From assembly GCA_964630515.1 (NCBI GenBank), contig CAZVVP010000001.1:1139-65138 (forward strand): a DNA stretch of 64,000 nucleotides. The letters run 5' to 3'. Below the pieces are notes generated by a model that made no database searches, was not told the DNA's origin, and was given only the letters and a program-made list of their open reading frames with translations. Position numbers and translations under genes: made by a program. This DNA is from an uncultured Christensenella sp. GTDB lineage: Bacteria; Bacillota; Clostridia; Christensenellales; UBA1242. This document shows, in pieces, positions 33,643 to 43,034 of this stretch; position 1 is the first letter of the stretch; each line of letters opens with the position of its first letter.

Positions 33643-36096
33643 ATGGAGAAGTTGAAAAGTTTTAATTTTAGATTAATATTATTTATATTAATGTCTTTAA
33701 TGACAGTCTTTTTTGTAGGGTGTTCTGGGAGTGCAAAGATTAATTATAATAGGTTAAATTCTACTGATACTGCAAACGAAATTACATATAACTGGTATGT
33801 AAATGACACAAAAATTGATGATTTTGACAATAATCAGTATTTTGCTGAGTATGAATACAATTCTACAACCTTTGCTATAAGTCTGAAATATCAGATAGAC
33901 GGTGGGGAAGAATTGACTCTTGACGGCCAATACATATCTATAACTAACTTAGAGGGAAATGCTACAGAAGTTAAAGAAGTTGGTGCATATATTGTGATTG
34001 CAGATACTTCAACTTTAGGCGAAGATGTAGTGGTGGCAAATCTAAATATCAATATTTCTAAAGTAGAAATATCTACAACTTGGACTTTGCCCAATAGTGC
34101 AGAAAGTTTAGAGGGTTATGATGTTTCAACTTATAAGATTAAATATGTTGAGGGGGCAGACTTAGTAGGTGAAATTTTCGCTAAAACTCAAGGGAATTAC
34201 AACGCAAGTGAAAGTGCAAGTTATATTATTGAATTTGGAAATAGTGTTATAAACACGATTACTGAAGTTGGAGAGTATATCTTAAATATTAGCGGTTATA
34301 GTGAAGATACTTATAATTTATCTAATGAAAAAATTAGATTAATTATTGCAGAAGAAATAGAGCTAGCATGGGAAATTGATGGGGCAAATTCAACTCAAGA
34401 CAATAATTTTGAGATAGAATATCGGGCAGAAGATTTGTATAACAAAATCTTGATAACAAATCAAATAACTAAGTATAATTTGGTTGTAGTGGATTCTAAT
34501 TTGCTTGAAGTTGCTGAAGTAAAGAATGTTGGAAAGTACACTTGTACGATTGTAAGTGACTATTATTATTTTATCAATAATGGAAAGACTTTGGATATTA
34601 AGCCTAAGAAAATTTATGTAGTTGCTGATGAGATAAAGATTAATTATTTGGATAAAGTTCCAAATATTTCGGAACTAACATACAAAGTCTATTCTTCTTA
34701 TGATGTGTCGGTTATGGCTAATAATGTTTTACTTTCTGAGGATTGGGCTGATAATATTAGAGCAACACTTAATTATAAAGATATAACAAGACAGGAGATT
34801 ATTACTGAAGTCGCTAATTGGTCGTATGATATTGACGGAGTTTTGGAGAAAAATTTTATTATAGAATTAGAATCTACTGTTCCGAAAGCTGATAACTATG
34901 TAATAGAAAATATTAGTGGAAAGTTGCAAATAACTCTTAAAAAAGTAGAAGTGCGATTTATAAAGGATAATAACCAAGCGACAACCAAAACAAGAGAATA
35001 TTATCAAACTCAAACTGTACCTTTAAGTGAAGTAAGCAAAATTACAGCAAACTTTAACGAAGGTAGAGCTTTGACTTCTTGGTATAAGAGTGGACAAGTT
35101 GTAGATTTTGAGAATTGTGTTTTGACTGAAAATACAACATTTAATATCTACTCAGTATATTATATTTACTACATGGATACTGATGATAAGGCAAATGCTA
35201 AAACCATAGCTACTGTACCATATGATAATATCAATAATGTCAGTTATCCAAAAAGTTCTCATATTACAAGTGGCAACTATTCTAGTTATACAACTTTGCC
35301 AAGTAGATATGCTTACAGTCTATATGGCTGGATAGATGGTCAGGATAGTCAAAATAAACCAATGCAAGAAAACGCTCAAGCAACTAACAAATCCAATACA
35401 GTACGTGATATATATTTATACCCTTATTTTGAGCCTTTTAAATATAAAAATATAATAATTCAAAGGCAAGTTATTGAGAAACAAATCGTTAATGATAATG
35501 GTGAGATTGAAAAAATACAAATCATAGAAAAGGAAAAAGAAATTCAATTTACTATAGAGGATTATGACAAGAATGAGTATGTTAGCTTGGAAGTATGGCA
35601 AGTTGAGGGATATCAATTCTTGGGCTGGTATTATAATGGAAGTATTCTTAGTGACAATAGGTTTAAATTCTCAGACTTTATAACAAGCAGAGATAAAGTG
35701 CATTCCTTGTATCAAGATATTATGAGTGGGAAAGTGGCGCCAATTGTATTAGAGACTAAATATGAAATACAAAAATGTGTTATCACTTTGATGGTTGGTG
35801 ATAAGACATTAACAACTCTATCATTGGAGATGGGGGACAGCTTAGATAAAAATTATTTGTCATCATTGATTGATAGAAAATTTGGATATATATATATTAT
35901 GGGTGAAGTACCTAGTACTGTTACCAATACAGCACATATAATCAGAGTTACAGAGTTCCCTCTTCTTTATGTAATAGCTGGAGTAATTGTCTTGGCGGTG
36001 ATTGTTATCATAATAGTACGACAAACAGTTATAAAAAGAAGAAATGATATAGAAAAGAGCAAACTAGATAATATATTTAATAGGTTAGAAAAGTAA
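33643..36096 (+). CDS. surface lipoprotein with Listeria-Bacteroides-type repeats and a C-terminal TM anchor
   Basis: The signal peptide LILFILMSLMTVFFVGC|SGS carries a lipobox. Repeat motifs are YAYSLYGWIDGQ, VEGYQFLGWYYNGS and EGRALTSWYKSG. The C-terminal TM is LLYVIAGVIVLAVIVIIIV followed by RQTVIKRRN. The track starts at TTG 33628. Confidence 0.8.
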   Translation: MEKLKSFNFRLILFILMSLMTVFFVGCSGSAKINYNRLNSTDTANEITYNWYVNDTKIDDFDNNQYFAEYEYNSTTFAISLKYQIDGGEELTLDGQYISITNLEGNATEVKEVGAYIVIADTSTLGEDVVVANLNINISKVEISTTWTLPNSAESLEGYDVSTYKIKYVEGADLVGEIFAKTQGNYNASESASYIIEFGNSVINTITEVGEYILNISGYSEDTYNLSNEKIRLIIAEEIELAWEIDGANSTQDNNFEIEYRAEDLYNKILITNQITKYNLVVVDSNLLEVAEVKNVGKYTCTIVSDYYYFINNGKTLDIKPKKIYVVADEIKINYLDKVPNISELTYKVYSSYDVSVMANNVLLSEDWADNIRATLNYKDITRQEIITEVANWSYDIDGVLEKNFIIELESTVPKADNYVIENISGKLQITLKKVEVRFIKDNNQATTKTREYYQTQTVPLSEVSKITANFNEGRALTSWYKSGQVVDFENCVLTENTTFNIYSVYYIYYMDTDDKANAKTIATVPYDNINNVSYPKSSHITSGNYSSYTTLPSRYAYSLYGWIDGQDSQNKPMQENAQATNKSNTVRDIYLYPYFEPFKYKNIIIQRQVIEKQIVNDNGEIEKIQIIEKEKEIQFTIEDYDKNEYVSLEVWQVEGYQFLGWYYNGSILSDNRFKFSDFITSRDKVHSLYQDIMSGKVAPIVLETKYEIQKCVITLMVGDKTLTTLSLEMGDSLDKNYLSSLIDRKFGYIYIMGEVPSTVTNTAHIIRVTEFPLLYVIAGVIVLAVIVIIIVRQTVIKRRNDIEKSKLDNIFNRLEK

Positions 36097-36134
36097 AAAA
36101 ACAACTTTGGTTTATTGGCCAAAGTTGTTTTTTA
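36095..36134. terminator. bidirectional terminator between convergent genes
   Basis: aaaaaaacaactttgg (36095-36110) pairs with ccaaagttgttttttt (36119-36134). Confidence 0.75.
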
Positions 36135-36137
36135 ATA

Positions 36138-36380
36138 TTAATTCTCAGACTTTATAATTTTCTTTATTTCTTTTAAGTTTTCAAGGGTGAAGTCGCTAGA
36201 TTTTAGTTCATTATATGCGTCGCTAAAGGCTTTCTTTACTTCTTGAGAATAGTCTTTGCTGTTTGCTACATCTTTCATTATTTCTGAAAGTCTTACAACT
36301 TCTTCCTTAGTTGTAAAGTCGATTTCTGCAATTGTTTTTTCGATAATATCAAATTTGAAAACATTAGTATTCTTTGCCAT
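36138..36380 (-). CDS. hypothetical 80-aa protein (third gene of orphan operon)
   Basis: GGAGGA lies 7 nt before the internal ATG (MAKNTNVFKFDIIEK...). The gene overlaps the 3' end of the upstream gene by 17 nt. No domain recognised. Confidence 0.55.
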   Translation of the reverse strand: MAKNTNVFKFDIIEKTIAEIDFTTKEEVVRLSEIMKDVANSKDYSQEVKKAFSDAYNELKSSDFTLENLKEIKKIIKSEN

Positions 36381-36924
36381 AATTGTATCCTCCATAAACT
36401 AAACGAATGGTTTTGTCTAAATACTCATAGTTTTTGTCAACAAAATCATCAAAAGAATCATTCTTCTTCTTAATATTAAGCAAGAAGTAATTTTCGATAA
36501 TTTCATAACAAGAGTCTGTTTTCTTTAGTACGTGTTCTTTAACCTCTTCCATTATATCATATACTAATTGTAATACACTTTGGTTCCATTTGTCAAGTAT
36601 GTCTAGAGAAATAGTTCGTTGTTTTTGTTGTTTTGGGGATACAAAACCGTCTTTTAAATCATTTCTTTTGGTGTTGACATGGTTTTGTAAGTTTGTGATA
36701 TTGGTGTTAAGAAGCGTGGTTTTTAATCTTCTTACGACTTGAGAATAGTTTTCGTAATATTCCATTTCAGATGTGTTTTTTGCAAGTGCGTAAGTATCCA
36801 TTAATTCTTCATACTTTTCTTCACAATAATGACCTAGTTCTAGCTTAATTATTTGATAAATGTCTCTTTGTAAGTCGTTTTGGATAGTATAAGTATCTTT
36901 ATAGTGAAAAGTTATTTGTGACAT
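36364..36924 (-). CDS. hypothetical 186-aa protein (second gene of orphan operon)
   Basis: ORF co-directional with and 28 nt downstream of the 853-aa ORF. No TM and no recognisable motif. Confidence 0.6.
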   Translation of the reverse strand: MSQITFHYKDTYTIQNDLQRDIYQIIKLELGHYCEEKYEELMDTYALAKNTSEMEYYENYSQVVRRLKTTLLNTNITNLQNHVNTKRNDLKDGFVSPKQQKQRTISLDILDKWNQSVLQLVYDIMEEVKEHVLKKTDSCYEIIENYFLLNIKKKNDSFDDFVDKNYEYLDKTIRLVYGGYNYGKEY

Positions 36925-36952
36925 ATTTTGGATATACCTTTTTAAAAATTTT

Positions 36953-39514
36953 TTAGTTTTCGCTTAATATTTCAAATAATTTTATATCAAGTGGAGTTAC
37001 TTTTCCGTTCTTCTTTTTTAAATATTTTCTAACTAATGCTTCGGAATTTTTAATTTTTTCAGAAATAGATTTTGGCAACTTGATTTTTATAACATATTTG
37101 TTTTGGAGTATTGCTTTTTCTTTTCTGTTTCTAAGCTTTGGCTTCTGAACTAATTCAAAGTTATATGCTTCGTTGATTTCTGCAATCTCTTCATCAGATA
37201 AGACTAAATGACCAACACGCACTCTTAATTTTAGACCAACTTGCAAAGAATTAATATCTCTGCCATCTGTTTTGTATTTATTAACTAAATGATCTACATA
37301 ATTTCTTGGAGTTCTTAGTGATAAGTTAATTTTCGCCAAATCTTCATTTAAATTTGCTATCTGAACTTCTGTTAAAGGTAGGCTATATGAGTTAATTCTT
37401 TTCTGAATAGCAAGAAGCATTTTGCTTTGAGTTTTTTGTTGTTTTTCATCTAAGATGATATCTATATATTTTTTAGCATTCTTATAATTAATTACTTCTT
37501 GTAATTTTCTTTCTTCTGCAGTTATTTCTTCAGAGTTGTTATCAGAGTCTAAATCTGGTAACGGTTCTTCTATTAACTTAGCTTGTTGTGGGATAGAAAC
37601 TACCTCTTCTTTTTCCTCATCATCTTCTAAATAATCATAGTCAGAGTATTCTAGCCTAACGGTGGAAATTTGGCTTATATATGAGTCTTGTAAATCACCA
37701 TTATAGCTATTTTCTATATATTTAGCAAGTTTAACTTCTTCTTCTAAATAATAGTTCTCTTTGTTATAGTATTGATATTCCTCAACTCTTTGGGTTAATT
37801 GATGAAGACTTAATTGTTTGATAGTTAAATTTGTTTGAGGATTATCAAAGAGAGGTTCTCTGCCTTTTTTTAATTCTCCAGACTCAGTTATATAGAATTC
37901 GTCAAGCAAATCAAATATCAAATTACTGTTATAGTTAACTGCAAGATTGATTTGAGCATCAATTGGTAGATTGATAATCTTTTGTTGGATATTTAGGGGT
38001 AAAATAGGCTTCATTTCGCTTGTAACAAGTACACCATGAAACAACTTACAATCTTGAATTTTTTGCTCAAATTCTAACTTTTTTGTAAGTTTGATATATG
38101 AGAATTGGGTAATAAGTCTTGAATATAAATCTAAGTTAAATTTTGCGTCGATTGAGGCTTGATTTTTATATACTCCACGTACAATATCTTGTAAAGTGTC
38201 CTTGACAGCTTTTTTGTTTTTTGGATCTTCAAATTCGTTAACAATAACTGCGTTAATAAAGTCTGCCACAAAAAATTGTTCGGTTGACACAATATCTGTT
38301 CTGTATTTGTCAAGGGTGCTCTTAACTTTATTATAAAGATAGATAAAAGAAGAAGTCTTTATTTCTGGAAACTCAGATTCGATCCTTTCTACAAAAAGTC
38401 TTTCTGTTGATACAACATAATTAGGAATTTCGTCTTTTGCATCAAGAATTTTGAAATAATTGTTTATTTCTGGCAAATTTAAGCAAAACTCTAATTCTTG
38501 ACAAATTTGCATCTTTGCAAAATTTGTTTTGGCTTTTAGCAAAATTTCATTTAAGTTAATTGCTCTGTCCATTTCTCCAAAAATATCACTTCTTTTGAAG
38601 TCTTTATAAGTAAAAGAAGATAGCAACTCTCTTTGGATTTTGTTTAAAGTATCATTTGTGGTATCGGGATATTTGTTTGCATATAATCTCAAATAATCTT
38701 GAACAACTGAGTTGATATTTGACTTCTTATGTTCTGATTTAAATTTAACAAAAGCTTTGGATAGAGAGCCTGCGTTGTTATGTAAATAATCGTTTGTAAA
38801 AGTGTCGATATTAGATAATTGATTTTTAAATCTTGGGTTTTGTTTTAGAAGTTCTTTTAGAGTATCTAACTCAACATCTTCTTCAAAGATTTTGTCAGTT
38901 ATCTGTCTTTTGTAAATGATTGAGTAGATAAACTCTTTTTGCATCTTGGTCAAAGCTTCAGGGGTGTCGTATTTGTTATTAATCTTTTCTTTGACCTTAT
39001 TTGCTTCTTTTTCGTAAACTTTTATCTTTTCTGACAAAATACTGTTGTCATAGATAATTCCCAAGGTTAAGTTTTGATAGGTGTCATATTTACGAAGTTT
39101 TGAATATTTTTTTAAAATTCTTTTTTGCAATATTCTATTATTATCTTTTGCGTCAAAAGAATATTTTAGAGCATTTCTATAAGTTAATATATCTCTTTCA
39201 AGCAGGGATATTTTTAATCTTATAGAGTTCAATTTCTCAAAAGCTTGGTCAATATCTGCTTTTGTTGTATTCTTAAAACTTAAGAAATTTTTAATATTAA
39301 AAAAACGGTCTCTATGCCTATTTAAGATATATTTATTGTAGTTGAAAGTTATATAATTTGACATAAATGGCATATCTTTGATAACATTACTTGCAAAAAA
39401 ATCTAAGCTTTCTTGTCTGAAAAACTTTTTCATTTTTGGCTTAGTTTTATTTCTTCTGAAATGATAATTGCCTTTTTGAAAAACATTATCGCTATTTTTA
39501 AGAACAATTTTCAT
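36953..39514 (-). CDS. hypothetical 853-aa soluble protein (first gene of orphan operon)
   Basis: Long ORF with SD agagga upstream. It has a basic N-terminus and an acidic stretch, EYSDYDYLEDDEEKEE...LPDLDSDNNSEE. No catalytic or binding motif recognised. Confidence 0.75.
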   Translation of the reverse strand: MKIVLKNSDNVFQKGNYHFRRNKTKPKMKKFFRQESLDFFASNVIKDMPFMSNYITFNYNKYILNRHRDRFFNIKNFLSFKNTTKADIDQAFEKLNSIRLKISLLERDILTYRNALKYSFDAKDNNRILQKRILKKYSKLRKYDTYQNLTLGIIYDNSILSEKIKVYEKEANKVKEKINNKYDTPEALTKMQKEFIYSIIYKRQITDKIFEEDVELDTLKELLKQNPRFKNQLSNIDTFTNDYLHNNAGSLSKAFVKFKSEHKKSNINSVVQDYLRLYANKYPDTTNDTLNKIQRELLSSFTYKDFKRSDIFGEMDRAINLNEILLKAKTNFAKMQICQELEFCLNLPEINNYFKILDAKDEIPNYVVSTERLFVERIESEFPEIKTSSFIYLYNKVKSTLDKYRTDIVSTEQFFVADFINAVIVNEFEDPKNKKAVKDTLQDIVRGVYKNQASIDAKFNLDLYSRLITQFSYIKLTKKLEFEQKIQDCKLFHGVLVTSEMKPILPLNIQQKIINLPIDAQINLAVNYNSNLIFDLLDEFYITESGELKKGREPLFDNPQTNLTIKQLSLHQLTQRVEEYQYYNKENYYLEEEVKLAKYIENSYNGDLQDSYISQISTVRLEYSDYDYLEDDEEKEEVVSIPQQAKLIEEPLPDLDSDNNSEEITAEERKLQEVINYKNAKKYIDIILDEKQQKTQSKMLLAIQKRINSYSLPLTEVQIANLNEDLAKINLSLRTPRNYVDHLVNKYKTDGRDINSLQVGLKLRVRVGHLVLSDEEIAEINEAYNFELVQKPKLRNRKEKAILQNKYVIKIKLPKSISEKIKNSEALVRKYLKKKNGKVTPLDIKLFEILSEN

Positions 39515-39656
39515 AACATTTTCCTCTTAAATTTTTCCATTTTTCATCTAAGTTTCAAAAAGGAGTGAAAAAGAATAGAATTCACCCATTTTAGTTTAAG
39601 TAATTTTAACATATTTATAAAAAAATACCAACAATATATAATATTGTTGAAATTTT

Positions 39657-39689
39657 ACAAAAAAAGTTATGTTTATTATAACATAACTT
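39657..39689 (-). terminator. rho-independent terminator (minus strand) after 39699-40283
   Basis: aagttatgtt (39664-39673) pairs with aacataactt (39680-39689). A T-run follows on the minus strand. Confidence 0.65.
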
Positions 39690-39698
39690 CTTTATTTG

Positions 39699-40283
39699 TT
39701 ATTCTTTGTTCTCAAGAATATTGTTTAAATGGAACATAAATTCTTCTTCGGTTATTTTACCTTCAGATTTTAATATTCTTAATTGGCCAATTTTCAAACT
39801 CATTTCTTGCATAGAAGGGTCTTCTAAGTTTGGGAAAGTTTTGATGGTTTCAGTATATGCAACTTTGTTTCTTTTCTGATAATTGCTAAGTAAAATTACA
39901 GATAAACAATTAAGTACAAAAGGAATCAAGGCAAAGAATCCAAATAATACAAAGTTTGCAATCAACTGGAATGAGCTAAATATCAAAATTACAGAAAGTC
40001 CAGTTATTTCTCTAAATTTGTCAAAATTATATAGAGCAAGATAGATTTTGTTAAAGTATTGATTAATAAAGAAACCTACTAAAGTTATAAAAGGCAAAAG
40101 GAAAGCAGTTGTCATTGTTAAGTTAAATACACCAAATGTTGAGAAACTTTGGACTATTTGAATATAATTAAGTAAGAATTCTATATTAATTGCACTTGCA
40201 ATGAATGCTATTGCAGTATATATCAAAAGTATTAAGCTAATTATTGTGTTTGTTTTGAAATAAACTTTCAAAAATTTTTGCAT
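39699..40283 (-). CDS. 4-TM membrane protein with SHOCT-like C-terminal helix
   Basis: Four hydrophobic segments are present. The C-terminus QLRILKSEGKITEEEFMFHLNNILE resembles the SHOCT short C-terminal domain. SD aaagga precedes the start. Confidence 0.6.
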   Translation of the reverse strand: MQKFLKVYFKTNTIISLILLIYTAIAFIASAINIEFLLNYIQIVQSFSTFGVFNLTMTTAFLLPFITLVGFFINQYFNKIYLALYNFDKFREITGLSVILIFSSFQLIANFVLFGFFALIPFVLNCLSVILLSNYQKRNKVAYTETIKTFPNLEDPSMQEMSLKIGQLRILKSEGKITEEEFMFHLNNILENKE

Positions 40284-40384
40284 TTATATTATTCCTTTAT
40301 ACAAAATTCTTTTTTTTGTCTATACATGTTATCATAATGGGAATAGTTTGTCAAGTTGGTTAAATCATAGTATGTGTAAATATA

Positions 40385-41425
40385 TTAAATTGTTATTCCA
40401 TTAATTGTCATAATTATTAAGAATGCCATGTAGGCAAGGTATATTCCAAGCAATGTTAAGCCTTGCCAACGATAAGTTTTTTGTTTTAAAACCATAGGTA
40501 AAATAAATATAAGTGTAGAAATAATAGCTACTGGAAGACTAACTACCAAAGTCCAGAAACCGATTGATATACCATTAATTCCAGAAATGCAAGCCGAAGT
40601 ACCAATTATAAGAGTTATGTTAAGAATATTTGCTCCAATTACGTTTCCATAACCCAAAGTATTATTCTTCTTTCTTAGAGATGTAATAGTTGTGACTAAT
40701 TCTGGAAGGCTTGTGCCAATAGCGACAATTGTTAGTCCTACAACAGATTCGCTTATGTGTAGAGAGTATGCGATAGAAGTTGCACTTTCAATCAATCCAT
40801 AAGCTCCTGCGCCTACCATTGCAGCGCCTAGTAAGAAAAATGAAATTAATTTGCCGTATTTATCTTCTACAACATTATTTTCTTGAGTGTTGGGTTTGTC
40901 TGATTTTTCTTTAGCATAAAGCTTATCGTATTCTAATTTGTTTTTAATTTCTTTCTTGGCATCGGCTATGTTTACTGCCATGAAAATTACTGTCATAATT
41001 ATAAGTAGAGCGCCTTCAAATAAGTTCAGTTCGCCGTTTACTATATCTTGCTCAATTCCTACACAAAAAACTCCAAGTAAGATAAGGCTAAAGATAAGCA
41101 TGTAATTTTTGAAATTTGAAGTTTTATTTTTAATTATTGTTGGTGCAAAAATCAAAGAGATTGCACATATAAGACTAGTGTTGCAAATTACGCTTCCAAG
41201 TGCGTTACCAATTGCTAAATCATATGAGCCTTGAATAGATGCGATTGAGCTAACAATAAGTTCTGGCAATGTTGTCGCTAAAGAAACGATTGTTGCCCCA
41301 ACTATAATGGTTGGGATTTTGCTTTTTGTAGCAATCTTAATAGAGGCATCGACAAATATGTCTCCTCCTTTTATTACAAGAATTAATGCTACTATAAATA
41401 GCGGAATTGCGATATATAATTCCAT
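40385..41425 (-). CDS. Ca2+/Na+ antiporter (CaCA/YrbG family)
   Basis: Two alpha-repeats are present, GATIVSLATTLPELIVS...GNALGSVICN and GLTIVAIGTSLPELVTT...GNVIGANILN, with about 10 TM segments. Confidence 0.88.
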   Translation of the reverse strand: MELYIAIPLFIVALILVIKGGDIFVDASIKIATKSKIPTIIVGATIVSLATTLPELIVSSIASIQGSYDLAIGNALGSVICNTSLICAISLIFAPTIIKNKTSNFKNYMLIFSLILLGVFCVGIEQDIVNGELNLFEGALLIIMTVIFMAVNIADAKKEIKNKLEYDKLYAKEKSDKPNTQENNVVEDKYGKLISFFLLGAAMVGAGAYGLIESATSIAYSLHISESVVGLTIVAIGTSLPELVTTITSLRKKNNTLGYGNVIGANILNITLIIGTSACISGINGISIGFWTLVVSLPVAIISTLIFILPMVLKQKTYRWQGLTLLGIYLAYMAFLIIMTINGITI

Positions 41426-41440
41426 ATTATTTACTCCTTA

Positions 41441-42028
41441 TTAATTTTCACTAATTTTTTCATCAAGGAAGGTTGCTTGCATATCTGATAGGTGGAATAT
41501 TAAGCTTGTAGGGAAGGTGTAGAAGGCTGGACTTAGAGAGTAGCTTCCTCCTTTGATTCTGTCGTCCATAGCTCCCATGTGCCAATTAATTGCCATAGCT
41601 TCTTCTCTTGTTAGTTTGATAAATCCGCTAATAATATATACAGATTTTTCTCCATGTCCATAAGGAAGAGAGTCTGAAACTGTGAAATAAGGTTTCTGAA
41701 CCCACTGACCATCTACTTTTACATTACGGAAATCTGTTTTGTAAAAGTCTATCTTACAGACATCGTGAAGTAGTCCTATAATTGTTGCGCTTTCTAAACT
41801 TAATTTTTCTTGCCAGTTTTCTCCAAACTCATTTTCTAAGTTTCTAGTAAATCGTTTATATGCTTTAATAGAATGCTCACAAAGTCCGCCTTCGAAATTA
41901 GAGTGAAATTTACTACTAGCTGGGGCTACAAAGAAATCTGATGATTCTAGATAATTTAACAAATTTTCAGAGCCTTGCCTTTGTATATTAGATTTAAAAA
42001 TTTCTATAAATTCCTCTTTGGCTGTCAT
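41441..42028 (-). CDS. HD-domain phosphohydrolase
   Basis: Motifs are KFHSNFEGGLCEHS and GLLHDVCK. SD aggag lies before ATG 42028 (MTAKEEF...). The track's upstream extension is rejected. The gene ends 16 nt before the antiporter gene. Confidence 0.65.
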   Translation of the reverse strand: MTAKEEFIEIFKSNIQRQGSENLLNYLESSDFFVAPASSKFHSNFEGGLCEHSIKAYKRFTRNLENEFGENWQEKLSLESATIIGLLHDVCKIDFYKTDFRNVKVDGQWVQKPYFTVSDSLPYGHGEKSVYIISGFIKLTREEAMAINWHMGAMDDRIKGGSYSLSPAFYTFPTSLIFHLSDMQATFLDEKISEN

Positions 42029-42177
42029 AACAACTCCTAATAATTTTCTATTAAAATATTTTAGCATAAATATGTTGAAAAACCAAAACATTCTAAGCTT
42101 TTATTTTAAATAGTATTTAAAGATAGTAGTAATTTAGTTTTCAGAATAAAAGAAGGTTTGTAAAAATAATATATTGT

Positions 42178-42942
42178 ATGGAAATGATAATAATTTACTC
42201 AATTATAGCGGGTGTTCTAGGGACTGGAATAGGTGGAGTGCTTGGTGTTGTTATTGGGGAAAAAGGTTCAAAATTTATAAGTGCAATTCTTAGTCTTGCT
42301 AGTGGAATAATGCTTGCTGTTGTTTTTTTTGATTTAATTCCTGAAGCGTGTGAAATTTTTGAGGACAAAATGGTGACCTTATTGGGGCTTTGTTGGGGAG
42401 TGGTTATTATGGTTCTTCTTAACAGAATTATTGACCATTTTACCAACAAGGTTTCGGTCACGATTAAGGCTTTGAAAGGGGATAAAGAAGCAAGCTATAG
42501 AAAGTTAAAAAATGCTGGAATATTTCTGATGCTTGCAATTGCTTTGCATAATATACCAGAAGGAATGGCGATAGGGGCTAGTGGTGCTGTTGAGCATAGA
42601 CTAGGGCTTACTTTGGCAATTGTAATTTGCCTTCATGATATACCAGAAGGAGTTGCTATTTCTCTTCCTTTAAGTGTGGGAAAAGTTGGAAAAGTGAAGT
42701 CAGTTGTGTTAACTGTTATTGCTGGACTTATGACAGTTGTGGGGTGTGTTATAGGGGTGCTTATAGGAAGTGTATCTACAATTTATAGTGCATTTTTTCT
42801 TGCATTTGCAGGTGGGGCAATGCTACAAGTAACCCTTTGTGAAATGATACCCGATGCGTTAAAGTTTAATAAAGATTTGTCAAGTTTCTATTATATACTT
42901 GTAGGAATATTTCTAGGATTTGTTGTGAATATATTGCTATAA
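42178..42942 (+). CDS. zupT: ZIP-family zinc transporter
   Basis: ALHNIPEGMAIG and CLHDIPEGVAIS motifs, with about 8 TM segments. Confidence 0.85.
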   Translation: MEMIIIYSIIAGVLGTGIGGVLGVVIGEKGSKFISAILSLASGIMLAVVFFDLIPEACEIFEDKMVTLLGLCWGVVIMVLLNRIIDHFTNKVSVTIKALKGDKEASYRKLKNAGIFLMLAIALHNIPEGMAIGASGAVEHRLGLTLAIVICLHDIPEGVAISLPLSVGKVGKVKSVVLTVIAGLMTVVGCVIGVLIGSVSTIYSAFFLAFAGGAMLQVTLCEMIPDALKFNKDLSSFYYILVGIFLGFVVNILL

Positions 42943-43001
42943 TATTTGGATTTTTTGACAGTAAATATATTAATATTGACAATAATGTGTCAAATATAAA
43001 C

Positions 43002-43033
43002 AAAAAACTCACACTGAATAAAGTGTGAGTTTA
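43002..43033. terminator. bidirectional terminator between convergent genes
   Basis: aaactcacact (43005-43015) pairs with agtgtgagttt (43022-43032). Confidence 0.7.
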
Positions 43034-43034
43034 A

